Program-made: the position numbers and the translations under genes
Origin: Calditrichaceae bacterium
Lineage (GTDB): Bacteria > Calditrichota > Calditrichia > Calditrichales > JBFXGD01
Direction: 5' to 3'
DNA length: 64,000 nt
Assembly (NCBI GenBank): GCA_050173015.1
Contig: JBFXLE010000001.1
Span: 32,001-96,000 of the forward strand
The notes under the pieces: generated by a model
Told to the model about the DNA's origin: nothing
Database searches by the model: none
What the model saw: only the letters and a program-made list of their open reading frames with translations
In this document: one piece after another, positions 9,445-20,483 of the stretch
Layout: each line of letters begins with the position of its first letter
Position numbering within the stretch: the stretch's first letter is position 1

Positions 9445-10392
9445 CTATGAAGAAAGCCCGCTGAATCGCCGCATGTAGAACTGATGGCCCTCATAGGGTA
9501 TATTTATGATTTGTTTTCGCGCGATTAGTTTATCCACGACTCTCCAATCGGAATGGGTTTCCTGAAGAAAACGGATCAGCGCGTCAATCCGCATTGGTTG
9601 AACCGCGAGCAGATTGAGCAGATCTTCCTCAACACGTCCGGTCTTGTCAAAGCCGCCGTCATTATAGTCCAGTAAATATTCTACATTTTTTATCCGCCGG
9701 TTAAAATTTTGAAAGACCCGGTTTACGGTTTCTTCCGTTGGTGGTACTATCCGCCCGGAGGCGGGCGAGCCGATAGGGGCAGAAATATAGGAGACGGCCG
9801 GATTTAATCTGGCGATAAATTCGGCGGTCTGTTCAACGCAGGCGGTACCGGTATTGATGCCCTCCACCAGCATGGTTTCTGTGTTCAGAGACCCGTTGAA
9901 TTCGTCCGCGAACCGCAGTTGTCCCTGCATGATCCGACGCAGGTTTAGTTGATGATGCGGATTGTTCAGCTTTTGCCAGACACCTTCATCTACGGAATCG
10001 ATTTTGATCGATACCCAGTCAGCTTTACACAGATCCGCCCGTGTCTCATCATTATATAGTAAAGAACCATTGGTAATGACGGCCAGTTTGATGTTAAAAA
10101 ATCTGACCAGGTCGAAAATTCTACCCAGATTTTGATCAAGTGTGGGCTCACCAGCGGGTATGATTGTCAGGAAATCAATTTTATCATTATTTTCTTTGGT
10201 TTTTATGATAAGATCCTGAAGATCGGCAAAGATATCCTGTGGATTGAGATATACGGATCTTTGGCATTTTTTGCTTTTAATTTTCCCGACCCGGCAGTGG
10301 CTGCAGGAATATGTACATATTTTGGAGGGCAGGTTATTGATTCCCAGACATTTTCCCAGCCTTCCGGACGTGATCGGCCCAAAGGCAATCAT
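9445..10392 (-). CDS. radical SAM protein
   Basis: CTYSCSHC (CxxxCxxC), GEPTL and ITNGSL motifs; start MIAFGP follows a GGGAGG RBS. Confidence 0.9.
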   Translation of the reverse strand: MIAFGPITSGRLGKCLGINNLPSKICTYSCSHCRVGKIKSKKCQRSVYLNPQDIFADLQDLIIKTKENNDKIDFLTIIPAGEPTLDQNLGRIFDLVRFFNIKLAVITNGSLLYNDETRADLCKADWVSIKIDSVDEGVWQKLNNPHHQLNLRRIMQGQLRFADEFNGSLNTETMLVEGINTGTACVEQTAEFIARLNPAVSYISAPIGSPASGRIVPPTEETVNRVFQNFNRRIKNVEYLLDYNDGGFDKTGRVEEDLLNLLAVQPMRIDALIRFLQETHSDWRVVDKLIARKQIINIPYEGHQFYMRRFSGLSS

Positions 10393-10473
10393 AGATCGAT
10401 ATGCCTCCCGGATGTTGATTAGAATTGAAAGACGACCCGTTTGGTCAAGATTTATCACAATATATCTGATGAT

Positions 10474-10489
10474 ATCAAAAATACTGCCA
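10474..10489 (-). promoter_or_regulatory. putative sigma-54 promoter of the radical SAM gene
   Basis: Minus strand TGGCAGTATTTTTGAT (GG-N10-GA). Confidence 0.55.
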
Positions 10490-10554
10490 GAATTATTTCA
10501 GACGTTATTTATAATGGAAACAACGATTAAGGCAATTCGGGTAAAATAGGGTAA

Positions 10555-10601
10555 GTTGCAACTTTGCGCATCAGAAGATAAGATAATTGCATTTTTGCAA
10601 T
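10555..10601. promoter_or_regulatory. tandem palindromic enhancer sites (ATTGCA-N4-TGCAAT)
   Basis: GTTGCAACTTTGCGCA (10555-10570) and perfect ATTGCATTTTTGCAAT (10586-10601). Confidence 0.65.
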
Positions 10602-10625
10602 GGAGTTTGGGGCGCGGCTCCGGGG

Positions 10626-12353
10626 TTATGAATCAGATTCTTTATCCAGCAGACCGTACTTTTTCATTTTTCTCCACAGAGTACTTTTATCAATGTTCAG
10701 GATTTTTGCCGTTAGCGCGCGGTTGTTGTCATTTTGCAGCAGCGTTTGCCGGATCATCGATTTTTCAGCGTCTTCCAACAGATTTTTATTATCCGGATAT
10801 TTGTCGGGAGATTCAGAAGCGGCGGGATTTTCATCCATCAACCAGTCGGGCAGATGCTGCATTTGAATGGACTTCTCATGGCACATCACAAAAGCGTGCT
10901 CCAGCACATTTTCAAGTTCTCTTATGTTCCCGGGCCAGTAATAATCCATAAGGGTATGATACGCTTTGGAGGAGATATCATTGATCTCCTTATCAAATTT
11001 TTCACTGAATTTTCGGAGAAAATGATCCACCAGCAGCGGCAAATCATCCATTCTTTCCCTCAGAGGGGGCATATGAATATTGATGACATTCAGCCGGTAA
11101 TACAGATCTTCCCTGAACCGACCCTTTTTGACTTCCTCATACAGGCTTTTATTGGTTGCCGCCAGGATGCGTACATCCATTTGAATTGGTTTGGATCCAC
11201 CAACGCGTTCAAACTGTTTTGTCTCCAGGACGCGCAGCAATTTTACCTGAACAGCGGGGGAAATGTCCCCGATTTCATCAAGAAAAAGCGTTCCTTTGTT
11301 GGCGAGCTCAAAATGACCGGTTCTTGTTCGCGTGGCGCCGGTAAATGATCCTTTCTCATGCCCGAACAACTCGCTCTCAAGAAGTGATTCGACAAAAGCG
11401 CTGCAGTTTAATGCCATAAAAGGTTTTGATCGGCGAGCGCAGTTCAGGTGCAGCGCCCTGGCCACCAGCTCTTTCCCGGTACCGCTTTCCCCGGTTATCA
11501 GGACGGTCGTATCGCTCTGGGCGACATTTTTTAGCAGGGCGTAAATTTTTTGCATCGACTTACTGCGGCCAATCAGATTTTCAAAACTGTAGCGTTCCTT
11601 TAGGTGATTCGCCAAGTTTTTCAGTTCGGAGATATCACTAAAGGTTTCCACTCCGCCGATACATTCACCATCCGCGTTAAATAGCGGAGCCGAATTGACA
11701 CGGACCGGTATTTTATGTCCGTCTTTATGTAAGATACAGAGTTCACGGTCAGGAGAGACTTCCTTGCCCTTCATGGTCGCTTCCATATGACAATTATTGT
11801 GGCATAGATCTGAACAAAACAGTTCCCAGCATTTTTTCCCAATGGCTTCGGTTCTGGCATAACCGGTTATTTTTTCCGCCGCGCGATTAAAGGAGGTAAT
11901 TGCCCAGTCATTGTTAATCGTGAAGGTGCCCTCTGATCTGCTGTTAAATATGGCTTCCAGTTTATTTTTCTCATTGATGATTTCTCTGGTTTTTTCCAGG
12001 ACAGACTCAGATAATCTTTGCATTTCCCTGGTATCGCGGAAGACAAAAACCACGCTTACAATCTCTTTTGTAGATCGTTTGATGGGAGTGATGGAAGAAA
12101 GAACGTTGACTTGCTGCCCATCGGCTCGGGAAAGATTTAATGAAAGATTTGAAAAGGATTCGCCTGATTTTAACGCCTGGCGGATAGCGTCGCTGTCTTT
12201 TTTCGAATTACTGAACAGCATATTATAATCACGCAGAATGACCTGTTCTTCAGTAAACCCGGTTATTCTGCTGGCCGCTTCGTTAAACGCGATGATCTTG
12301 TTGTGCCGGTCGATGACAGCTGTACCGTCAGGACAAATTAGATTTATATCCAC
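10626..12353 (-). CDS. PAS-domain sigma-54-dependent transcriptional activator (Fis-type HTH)
   Basis: Two PAS domains, GESGTGKE, ESELFGHEKGSFTGA, LFLDEIG, FREDLYYRLNV and WPGNIREL, with C-terminal HTH TLWRKMKKY. Confidence 0.95.
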   Translation of the reverse strand: MDINLICPDGTAVIDRHNKIIAFNEAASRITGFTEEQVILRDYNMLFSNSKKDSDAIRQALKSGESFSNLSLNLSRADGQQVNVLSSITPIKRSTKEIVSVVFVFRDTREMQRLSESVLEKTREIINEKNKLEAIFNSRSEGTFTINNDWAITSFNRAAEKITGYARTEAIGKKCWELFCSDLCHNNCHMEATMKGKEVSPDRELCILHKDGHKIPVRVNSAPLFNADGECIGGVETFSDISELKNLANHLKERYSFENLIGRSKSMQKIYALLKNVAQSDTTVLITGESGTGKELVARALHLNCARRSKPFMALNCSAFVESLLESELFGHEKGSFTGATRTRTGHFELANKGTLFLDEIGDISPAVQVKLLRVLETKQFERVGGSKPIQMDVRILAATNKSLYEEVKKGRFREDLYYRLNVINIHMPPLRERMDDLPLLVDHFLRKFSEKFDKEINDISSKAYHTLMDYYWPGNIRELENVLEHAFVMCHEKSIQMQHLPDWLMDENPAASESPDKYPDNKNLLEDAEKSMIRQTLLQNDNNRALTAKILNIDKSTLWRKMKKYGLLDKESDS

Positions 12354-12530
12354 GTCAAATATATCTTTAAAATCATGTTAAAATAGTGTTCAGAGCAAAA
12401 CTTTTTTCGGAACACCACATCTTGTTAAATATTTCACTAAAAAGAAAGTAATACTATTTAAAGACGTTATCAACCATAATAAAAGATATTTTTAAACGCG
12501 CGGGCCACTAAAAAACGTTTGGTTGGGAAT

Positions 12531-12663
12531 GTGATTTTCGTCAGGATGATATGGATCATTCCATACCGGAGGCTCCAGGCCGGAAGAGAGGGATGTATTT
12601 ATCCGGAAACCGATCAGCCTGGCATACTCACTTGAGAAAATATATGAAGCACTGAACGGCTAA
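12531..12663 (+). pseudogene. possible remnant of a receiver-domain C-terminus
   Basis: The frame ending at TAA 12663 reads ...DVFIRKPISLAYSLEKIYEALNG*, resembling the FxxKP...L-KI-E-L end of receiver domains; the upstream part appears frameshifted. Confidence 0.25.
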
Positions 12664-12933
12664 TTCTATGATGGAAAAATTTTCAAATTATGAATAATAG
12701 ATTTTTGAAGTTCCAGGGGCAATTATTTTTTAAGTTTGAGCGGTTTGTCCGAATCCGGCTGGGTGGTGTTCATTCCGGATTAACTTCTATCAAAATGGGT
12801 TATTCCAACCGGAGCAGAAATAAATGGAAAAATGGATATTGGACCTAAAAAGCCTTAAATTTCCACCATACATTATTTCCTTGAGCGAAACGCTTAATGA
12901 AGCATATAATAATTATTGGATCGGAGGTTTTAT

Positions 12934-13041
12934 ATGGCTAAGGGCAGAGATAAAGGTAAATCAGAGGAAAAGAAAAAACCGAAAAAGAACATAAAAGAAA
13001 AAAGAAAAGCAAAAAAAGATAAAGGTTCAAAAACTTCGTGA
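12934..13041 (+). CDS. 35-aa Lys-rich small protein
   Basis: GGAGG RBS then MAKGRDKGKSEEKKKPKKNIKEKRKAKKDKGSKTS*; below the ORF-track cutoff. Confidence 0.7.
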   Translation: MAKGRDKGKSEEKKKPKKNIKEKRKAKKDKGSKTS

Positions 13042-13514
13042 TTCTTGAAAAGTTCAATCTTTGATCATCACATTTATATATTAGTTAAACTGGAAGAGTG
13101 TTTTTTCGGATTGGGATAATGAAGATCGTAAAACCGGGAAAAATCAGCTCTTGTCAGATTTTATATAAAATGTACGCTTTTAATTTTGAGATGAGATTTA
13201 ATTGATATACCGAATCAGGCATATGTGGTAAATTAAAGCGCCGGAAAGAACTGGTCTCTGTTCTTCCGGGATAGATAATTCTAAAGGTCGTTTGGGTTGT
13301 GAACAACAAGGCCGCGATTTTTTTCATGTGATTGCCTGCCGAGTCGCGTAATAATGCTCCAACAGCAAATGATTATTATTTACTGAAATAAGGATGAAAT
13401 GCCGGCATAATACAGATATCGTGATTAGTTTGAATAAATTCTTTTAACCATTAGAGAACTTATATATTCCGGGCATAAAAATATAATTTTTTTACAACTT
13501 TCAAGGAACAAAGC

Positions 13515-15059
13515 GTGGGTCAAAAAAAGGAAAAAGGGGTTATTCCCGCCGAAATAGATCAGTGTATAAAGATGCTTAACCACCTCGTTAGTCACAGCGA
13601 AGATTTTGTGGCGCTGCCCAGAGAAAAGCAGATCGAATTAATGAAAATTGCCGGTCAGCTCTCCAGACCGGATTCTCAGCAGATAAAACAACGCAGGAAA
13701 GCCTCGCGCGAAAAGAAAAAACAACAAATAGTTACAAAGGAAAGAAAAGCAAGAGCGGCGACGGGGATCCGTTCAGCCAGGGAAGCGGCGGTATATTCCG
13801 CGCCTTTGCAAATCTCAGGCGCGTCCATCCCCGCGGGAGAAGAAATGGTATTAGAGTCACCCCGTAATTGCTATATTTGCAAATCTGAATTTACAAAACT
13901 CCATTTTTTTTATGATACCATGTGCTCCGGATGCGCGGAACTGAACTATCAAAAACGATTCCAGACCGCGGATTTAACGGGACAGGTGGCCTTGATCACC
14001 GGATCGCGTTTGAAAATCGGCTATCAGGCAACAATAATGATGTTACGGGCGGGCGCGACTGTGATCGCGACTACCAGATTTCCGATCGATTCAGCGCTCA
14101 GATATTCAAAGGAAAAAGACTTTAACGAATGGAAAGACCGGCTGCACATTTATGGACTGGATTTAAGGCATATACCGAGTGTGGAGATCTTTTGCAGCCA
14201 TATTGAACAGACTTTTGACCGGTTGGATATCTTAATCAATAACGCGGCCCAAACCGTACGTCGTCCGCCGGGATTCTATGCGCATCTGATGCCAAACGAG
14301 AACAAAGGATGGCATGAGTTTCCTGAGAATATCCGGAATCTGATGCTGAGCTATCAGCAGTGCGCCGCAAAATTAAATTCTTTATCCACGGCCGATCCGG
14401 AATCAGATCCTTCCCTTCCTGTGGCCTGGAATGGCAATCAGCCGGGAATAGGTTTGATAAAATCCGCGCAATTGTCTCAAATACCCTACGCGTATGATAA
14501 CGCGCTGCCTACGGACACCGTTTTTCCCAAAGGAGAACTGGATGTTGACTTACAGCAGGTTGATTTACGGACAAACAACAGCTGGCGGCTCAAGCTCGGT
14601 GAGATCCAAACGGTGGAGATGCTTGAAATCCAGCTTATTAACGCCGTGGCCCCCTTTGTGTTAAGCAATAAGCTAATTCCTTTAATGAAGAAGGATTTTA
14701 CCGGACAAAAACATATCGTTAACGTCTCCGCTATGGAAGGCAAGTTTTTACGTTTTAAAAAGGGAGAGCGTCATCCTCACACCAATATGGCCAAAGCCGC
14801 CCTCAATATGTTAACCCATACCTCCGCCAGTGAGCTTGCTCAGCACGGTATTTTTATGAACGCGGTGGATACGGGCTGGGTAACGGATGAAGACCCGGCG
14901 CAACTTTCCAAACTAAAACAGGAACTGCACGATTTTCAGCCGCCTTTGGATATTGTTGACGGCGCGGCGCGCGTATGTGATCCCTTTTTTGACGGCATCA
15001 ATACCGGTAAACACTGGAGCGGCAAGTTTTTAAAAGATTATTTCCCCATTGACTGGTGA
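13515..15059 (+). CDS. SDR family oxidoreductase with N-terminal CxxC/CxxC extension
   Basis: CYIC...[35 protein letters not shown] and NAVDTGWV motifs. Confidence 0.88.
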   Translation: MGQKKEKGVIPAEIDQCIKMLNHLVSHSEDFVALPREKQIELMKIAGQLSRPDSQQIKQRRKASREKKKQQIVTKERKARAATGIRSAREAAVYSAPLQISGASIPAGEEMVLESPRNCYICKSEFTKLHFFYDTMCSGCAELNYQKRFQTADLTGQVALITGSRLKIGYQATIMMLRAGATVIATTRFPIDSALRYSKEKDFNEWKDRLHIYGLDLRHIPSVEIFCSHIEQTFDRLDILINNAAQTVRRPPGFYAHLMPNENKGWHEFPENIRNLMLSYQQCAAKLNSLSTADPESDPSLPVAWNGNQPGIGLIKSAQLSQIPYAYDNALPTDTVFPKGELDVDLQQVDLRTNNSWRLKLGEIQTVEMLEIQLINAVAPFVLSNKLIPLMKKDFTGQKHIVNVSAMEGKFLRFKKGERHPHTNMAKAALNMLTHTSASELAQHGIFMNAVDTGWVTDEDPAQLSKLKQELHDFQPPLDIVDGAARVCDPFFDGINTGKHWSGKFLKDYFPIDW

Positions 15060-15376
15060 GAATGATTTCATACATTATTGTATATTGATTTTTTCAACGC
15101 AAACAATAATGCGGATCGTCATTAGGGTCGGTTATGCCCGAAAAATTTTATATAAGCAATAAATACTCAGGCATTCGCGTCGAAAAAGTATGACCGCATT
15201 AAATACCAAAGAAACCAAAATTATCATCATTGTTTTCAACATGAATGACCTGACAGACATATTTCAGTCATCAGGGTAATCATAGTTCCTTTAATGTGCT
15301 ATATTCAACTACCTGACATTGTTCTTGCTTTTTGGTTTAAATTTCTTAGAATAGGGGTACTAAAGGTACCATAACT

Positions 15377-16132
15377 ATGACAAAAATAAACCAGCTTATT
15401 AAGAATTGGCCCAGGGGAACCGTAATGACCCTCGGCTATTTGAAAGAGAACGGTATTAGCGGTGAATTGGTTAAGCGCTATAAAAATAGCAGCTGGATCG
15501 AATCTGTAGGACGGGGGGCATACAGGCTTACGGGTGATAATGTAACCTGGGAGGGTGCGCTATACACAATACAACAACAGCTCCGATTGACAGCCAGGCC
15601 GGGTGGACGAACAGCGCTGGAACTAAAAGGTTATGGTCACTATTTGTCCGCAGAAACCCGGATGCTATATTTTTTTGGATTGCCGGGTGAATATTTACCG
15701 CAATGGTTTAAAGATTATAATTGGTTATCTGACTATTTATATACGACAACTAATCTATTCCCTCATGAACTTGAATTACCTCTTTCAGAATTCAAATTTA
15801 GAGATTTTAGATTATTGATATCAGGCCCTGAACTGGCAGCATTGGAGATGTTATATCATGTCCCAAAAAATCAGGGTTTTGGAGAAGCGGCGCACATCAC
15901 AGAATCTCTGACAACTTTACGCCCGCAAATCGTTCAGCAATTACTGGAAAATTGTAACTCTATAAAAGTAAAACGGTTATTTCTGTATTTGGCAGAAAAA
16001 CAAAACCATTCATGGCTGAAAGATCTTGAGTTTAGTAAAATTAATTTAGGCATAGGGAAACGTGTGATTGCAAAGAATGGCTTTTTGGACAAGAAATATC
16101 AAATCACAGTGCCAAAGGAAATCCATTATTGA
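15377..16132 (+). CDS. abiEi: type IV TA antitoxin, AbiEi family
   Basis: N-terminal wHTH (SWIESVGRGAY), SGPELAALEML and CNSIKVKRLFLYLAE; overlaps the downstream toxin gene. Confidence 0.88.
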   Translation: MTKINQLIKNWPRGTVMTLGYLKENGISGELVKRYKNSSWIESVGRGAYRLTGDNVTWEGALYTIQQQLRLTARPGGRTALELKGYGHYLSAETRMLYFFGLPGEYLPQWFKDYNWLSDYLYTTTNLFPHELELPLSEFKFRDFRLLISGPELAALEMLYHVPKNQGFGEAAHITESLTTLRPQIVQQLLENCNSIKVKRLFLYLAEKQNHSWLKDLEFSKINLGIGKRVIAKNGFLDKKYQITVPKEIHY

Positions 16133-17046
16133 AAGATTCAATCTACTTCCGTCAGGCAAACTTAGTGCTGGATATATTGCCATTATTAGAAGGAGACAAT
16201 CGTTTTGCTATAAAGGGCGGGACTGCCATTAATTTTTTTATACGCTCTTTACCCCGTTTATCAGTGGATATTGATCTGACCTATCTTCCAATTGAGGGCC
16301 GTGATTTAACATTAAATAACATAGATCGGGCGCTTCAGGAACTGGAAGAAAAAATTAGGGGTAAATTCTCTGCGGTGCAAATACACCCAAAATATTCTAA
16401 GGAAAATAAACTTCGGTGTGGTTTAATACTTAGCAGGGAACAGGCAAGAATTAAAATTGAACCAAACCTGATTGTCCGGGGATCGGTTTTCCCCGTTGAA
16501 AAACGGAACCTGGTAGAGAAAGCACAGGATCTGTTTGAAAAAAACGTGAAAATTCAATCATTATCTCACGCAGATTTATATGGAAGTAAATTGTGTGCGG
16601 CATTAGATCGTCAGCATCCAAGGGACTTCTTTGATATAAAACTATTACTTGCCAATGAGGGTATTACCGATTCAATCCACCAGGCATTCATTGTTTATCT
16701 GATAAGTCATAACCGGTCAATGATCGAGTTGCTAAATCCCAATGAAATTGATTTTGACAAAACTTTCGAAATAGAATTTAAAGGAATGACATTTGATGAT
16801 GTCTCACTCAAAGCGCTAAAAGATTTAAGAAGTAAATTGTTTACTTCTATCAGGAGCTCACTTTCAGAAACTGAACGGATGTTTCTAATCTCTTTTAAAG
16901 CCGGTCAACCTGACTGGAAACTCTTGCCTTTAAAAAAAATCGATAAACTTCCCGCGGTTCAGTGGAAGTTGCAAAATATTGCTGCGATGGCTAAACCGAA
17001 GCATGAAGCCGCATTAAACAGATTAAAAGAATTTTTGCAATTGTAG
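16129..17046 (+). CDS. abiEii: type IV TA toxin, AbiEii nucleotidyltransferase
   Basis: KGGTAINFF, PRLSVDIDL and KLCAALDRQHPRDFFD motifs. Confidence 0.92.
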   Translation: MKDSIYFRQANLVLDILPLLEGDNRFAIKGGTAINFFIRSLPRLSVDIDLTYLPIEGRDLTLNNIDRALQELEEKIRGKFSAVQIHPKYSKENKLRCGLILSREQARIKIEPNLIVRGSVFPVEKRNLVEKAQDLFEKNVKIQSLSHADLYGSKLCAALDRQHPRDFFDIKLLLANEGITDSIHQAFIVYLISHNRSMIELLNPNEIDFDKTFEIEFKGMTFDDVSLKALKDLRSKLFTSIRSSLSETERMFLISFKAGQPDWKLLPLKKIDKLPAVQWKLQNIAAMAKPKHEAALNRLKEFLQL

Positions 17047-17387
17047 ATATTTGTTCAAAATGCGGTCACACAAATTAGATATGATCATTAATTTAACCGA
17101 TCAGGTACAATCCTTATTGTCTCAAGAAGAATTGAAATTAACAATCACTCACCTTTGATAAAGTTTTTTTGTTAAGTATTTCTTTCTGTTTATTATTTCA
17201 GGATATTTCATATTATGTGAAAGCAGGTGATTGAAAATGCAAATCGCTAAGTAGGATTTTCAGTTTCATGCACTCAAAAACGAAGGATTGTTTTTTTTCT
17301 ATCAGAATAAAAACCGTTTGAAAATGGTTCATAGTATCTGAAGTTCTACAAATCTATTTTATCACTTCTTACAATAGGGGAAAAAGA

Positions 17388-18584
17388 GTGTCAACGGAAA
17401 ATACCGATCTGTCATCGCTGCGTATTGATAAATCAAAAAGAGAAAATCACTCCGACGGCCCAAAAACAAAAAAAACGCATCTTTGGATTATCGGAATTTT
17501 GGCTGTTTTGGTCATCATATTATTGTATGGCAAAATTGCGGAATCTCCCTTTTCAGAAGCGGTCGAAGTTCGTTTGGCAAAAGCAAGTATGCAGAGCCCT
17601 GCTCAGTCAGAAGGTGTATTAACCGCCAGCGGTTATGTGGTGGCGCAGCGAAAAGCGGCGGTGGCGTCAAAAGGTACCGGCCGTCTTGTTCATCTTGGGG
17701 TCGTGGAGGGTGACAAGGTCACAAAAAATCAGATTATCGCCCGGCTTGAAGACAATGATATCATGGCTCAGCTAAATCAGGCCAAGGCCACATTAAAACT
17801 GGAACAGGCCGAGCTGAACAATGCCTACGCGGTTTATACGCGGCGGAAATCACTTTACGAATCAGAAGCGGCGTCGAAAGAAACCTATGATGTGGCTGAA
17901 GCCGAGTACCGGCGTGTCCTTGCTCGGATTGATCTTGCAAAAGCGCAGCTTGAAGCGGCGGAGGTAGCGATGGAAAACACATTGATTCGCGCGCCGTTTG
18001 ACGGTACGGTGCTCACCAAGAATGCCGATGTCGGCGAAATTGTGGCGCCGCTGGCCGCGGGTGTGAATTCCAGAGCCGCGGTGGTTACCATCGCGGATAT
18101 GAGTTCATTACAGGTGGAAGCCGATGTTTCCGAATCGAATATTCAAAAAATTACCGCCGGAATGGAATGTGAGATTACGCTGGATGCTTATCCCAATAAG
18201 CGATACGCGGGTTTTGTCGCTAAAATCGTCCCCACCGCTGACCGCGCCAAAGCGACAGTAATGGTGAAGGTGGGATTTAAGGATTATGATACAAGAGTGC
18301 TACCCGAAATGAGCGCGAAAGTATTGTTTTTAAAGAACGGTGTCATTCAAACCGAAGCAAATGAACAGCCTGTTCTTGTGGTACCAAATACCGCGGTCGC
18401 CCTGCGTGATGGGAAGCAGGTCGTGTTCACCGTGAAGGACGAAAAAGCGGTAGAAGTCGCGGTCGTCCCCGGAGAAAAATTCGCGGGCTATTGGGAAATC
18501 AAAGAAGGACTGCGGGATGGTGATCTTGTTATAAATCGCGTTAATGATCAAATTATCAACGGTGTGAAAGTGCTGATACAATAA
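17388..18584 (+). CDS. efflux periplasmic adaptor (membrane fusion protein)
   Basis: TM anchor, ASGYVVAQRKAAVASK, coiled coil and IRAPFDG. Confidence 0.92.
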   Translation: MSTENTDLSSLRIDKSKRENHSDGPKTKKTHLWIIGILAVLVIILLYGKIAESPFSEAVEVRLAKASMQSPAQSEGVLTASGYVVAQRKAAVASKGTGRLVHLGVVEGDKVTKNQIIARLEDNDIMAQLNQAKATLKLEQAELNNAYAVYTRRKSLYESEAASKETYDVAEAEYRRVLARIDLAKAQLEAAEVAMENTLIRAPFDGTVLTKNADVGEIVAPLAAGVNSRAAVVTIADMSSLQVEADVSESNIQKITAGMECEITLDAYPNKRYAGFVAKIVPTADRAKATVMVKVGFKDYDTRVLPEMSAKVLFLKNGVIQTEANEQPVLVVPNTAVALRDGKQVVFTVKDEKAVEVAVVPGEKFAGYWEIKEGLRDGDLVINRVNDQIINGVKVLIQ

Positions 18585-18599
18585 AATCACGGAGATATT

Positions 18600-19286
18600 A
18601 TGTCTGAGATAATACGAATAAAAAACATTTCCAAATCCTACTGGCGGGATAAGTTTGAAATACCGGTTCTGAATAATATCAGTCTTTCCATCGAAGAAGG
18701 CGATTTTATCGCTTTGATGGGACCGTCGGGATCGGGTAAAACCACTTTGCTGAATTTGATCGCCGGGATTGACCGACCCACCAAAGGTGAGATAGAAGTT
18801 AATGACACGGTGATATCGACCCTGGGTGAATCCAGTCTGGCGAAATGGAGAGCCAGTAATGTGGGATTTATTTTTCAGTTTTACAATCTCATCCCTGTGT
18901 TAACCGCTTTTGAAAATGTGGAATTGCCGCTTCTGCTGACAAAGTTATCAAAGGCGGAACGGAAAAAACATGTGGAAACGGCGTTAACAATCGTCGGTCT
19001 GGGTGACCGGATGAAGCACTATCCGAAGCAGCTTTCCGGTGGGCAGGAACAGCGAGTGGCTATCGCGCGGGCCATTGTTACCGATCCGTTGATTCTGGTG
19101 GCCGATGAGCCGACAGGAGATTTGGACCGCGCCGCGGCGGATGAAATTCTTACCCTGATGGAGCGCCTGAATAAGGAATTCAAAAAAACGATTTTGATTG
19201 TCACCCACGATCCCCATGCCGCGGAACGAGCGAATACCATGCATCATCTGGAAAAGGGTGACCTGATCACATCGAGTAAACATTGA
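18600..19286 (+). CDS. ABC transporter ATP-binding protein (MacB/LolD-like)
   Basis: GPSGSGKT, LSGGQEQRVAIARA, ADEPTG and VTHD motifs. Confidence 0.95.
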   Translation: MSEIIRIKNISKSYWRDKFEIPVLNNISLSIEEGDFIALMGPSGSGKTTLLNLIAGIDRPTKGEIEVNDTVISTLGESSLAKWRASNVGFIFQFYNLIPVLTAFENVELPLLLTKLSKAERKKHVETALTIVGLGDRMKHYPKQLSGGQEQRVAIARAIVTDPLILVADEPTGDLDRAAADEILTLMERLNKEFKKTILIVTHDPHAAERANTMHHLEKGDLITSSKH

Positions 19287-19304
19287 TTTGGGGAAGGAAT
19301 CATC

Positions 19305-20465
19305 ATGAGGGTTTTCAAGCTTATATTTAAAAACGCGTTCCGGCATAAATTAAGAACATTGTTAACCGTCCTTGGTATCAGTATAGCGGTGATCGCGTTT
19401 GGCATATTGCGCACGGTGGTAACGGCCTGGTCGGCAGGTGTTGAAGCATCCGCGGCGGACCGGCTGGTTGTGCGTCATGCTGTTTCATTTATCTTCCCGC
19501 TGCCTTACTCATATAAAGACAAAATCACCAGGATTCCGGAAATTGAATTAGTCTCATACGCAAACTGGTTTGGGGGGACATATATTGATAAAAATCAGTT
19601 TTTTGCCCGCATGGCGGTTGATCACGAAACCTATTTTGACGCCTATCCGGAATTTTTATTGAGCGCGAGCGAATTGGAAATTTTTAAGAAGGAGCGGAAC
19701 GCTTGTGTGGTCGGTAAGGATATTGCCGAAAAATATAATCTGAAGATTGGCGATGTGATGACTATGGACGGGGATATATATCCGGGGCGCTGGGAATTTG
19801 TCGTCAGGGGAATTTATCAGCCGAAATTTAAATCCACCGACGCCACTCAGATGTTATTTCACTGGGATTACCTGAACGAACGCATGGAAAAAGATGATCC
19901 GACTCGGGCCAATGAAGTGGGCTGGTACATTCCAAAAATAAAGAACATTGACGACGCCAGTATCATCAGCGAACAGATTGACAATGAGTTTAAAAACTCG
20001 CCCGCGGAAACAAAAACCGAAACGGAGCGCGCCTTTCAGCAAAGTTTCCTTTCCGCTTCAAGCGCCATTATCACCGCCATGAACGCCATGTCGTTTGTGA
20101 TCGTGGGAATTATCATGCTTGTCCTTGCGAATACCATGATCATGGCCGCCCGGGAAAGAACACGGGAATACGCGGTATTTAAATCGCTTGGATTCTCCGC
20201 GTTTCATCTAACCGGGTTAATATTGGGTGAATCAATGTTAATCTCGGCAATGGGCGGGGGGATCGGACTTTTACTGATATTTCCACTAATAGAAGGACTC
20301 GGGCAAGCGATTCCAAAAGGTTTTTTCCCCGTCTTTCAGATTGAACCCATCACCATGGTTTTGGGGATTGGCGCCGTTCTGCTCATTGGTGTCCTGTCGG
20401 CGATTTTCCCGATACAACGCGCCTTAACGACCCGTATCGTTGATGGCTTCCGGTTTGTCGGTTAA
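19305..20465 (+). CDS. ABC transporter permease (MacB/FtsX-like)
   Basis: RTLLTVLGI, periplasmic domain and ERTREYAVFKSLG. Confidence 0.92.
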   Translation: MRVFKLIFKNAFRHKLRTLLTVLGISIAVIAFGILRTVVTAWSAGVEASAADRLVVRHAVSFIFPLPYSYKDKITRIPEIELVSYANWFGGTYIDKNQFFARMAVDHETYFDAYPEFLLSASELEIFKKERNACVVGKDIAEKYNLKIGDVMTMDGDIYPGRWEFVVRGIYQPKFKSTDATQMLFHWDYLNERMEKDDPTRANEVGWYIPKIKNIDDASIISEQIDNEFKNSPAETKTETERAFQQSFLSASSAIITAMNAMSFVIVGIIMLVLANTMIMAARERTREYAVFKSLGFSAFHLTGLILGESMLISAMGGGIGLLLIFPLIEGLGQAIPKGFFPVFQIEPITMVLGIGAVLLIGVLSAIFPIQRALTTRIVDGFRFVG

Positions 20466-20483
20466 CGGTTAAAAGGAATCAAT

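Noticed and set aside
15282-15372. Inverted-repeat operator for AbiEi
   Set aside because: Only about 10/13 match in AT-rich DNA, not distinguishable from chance.
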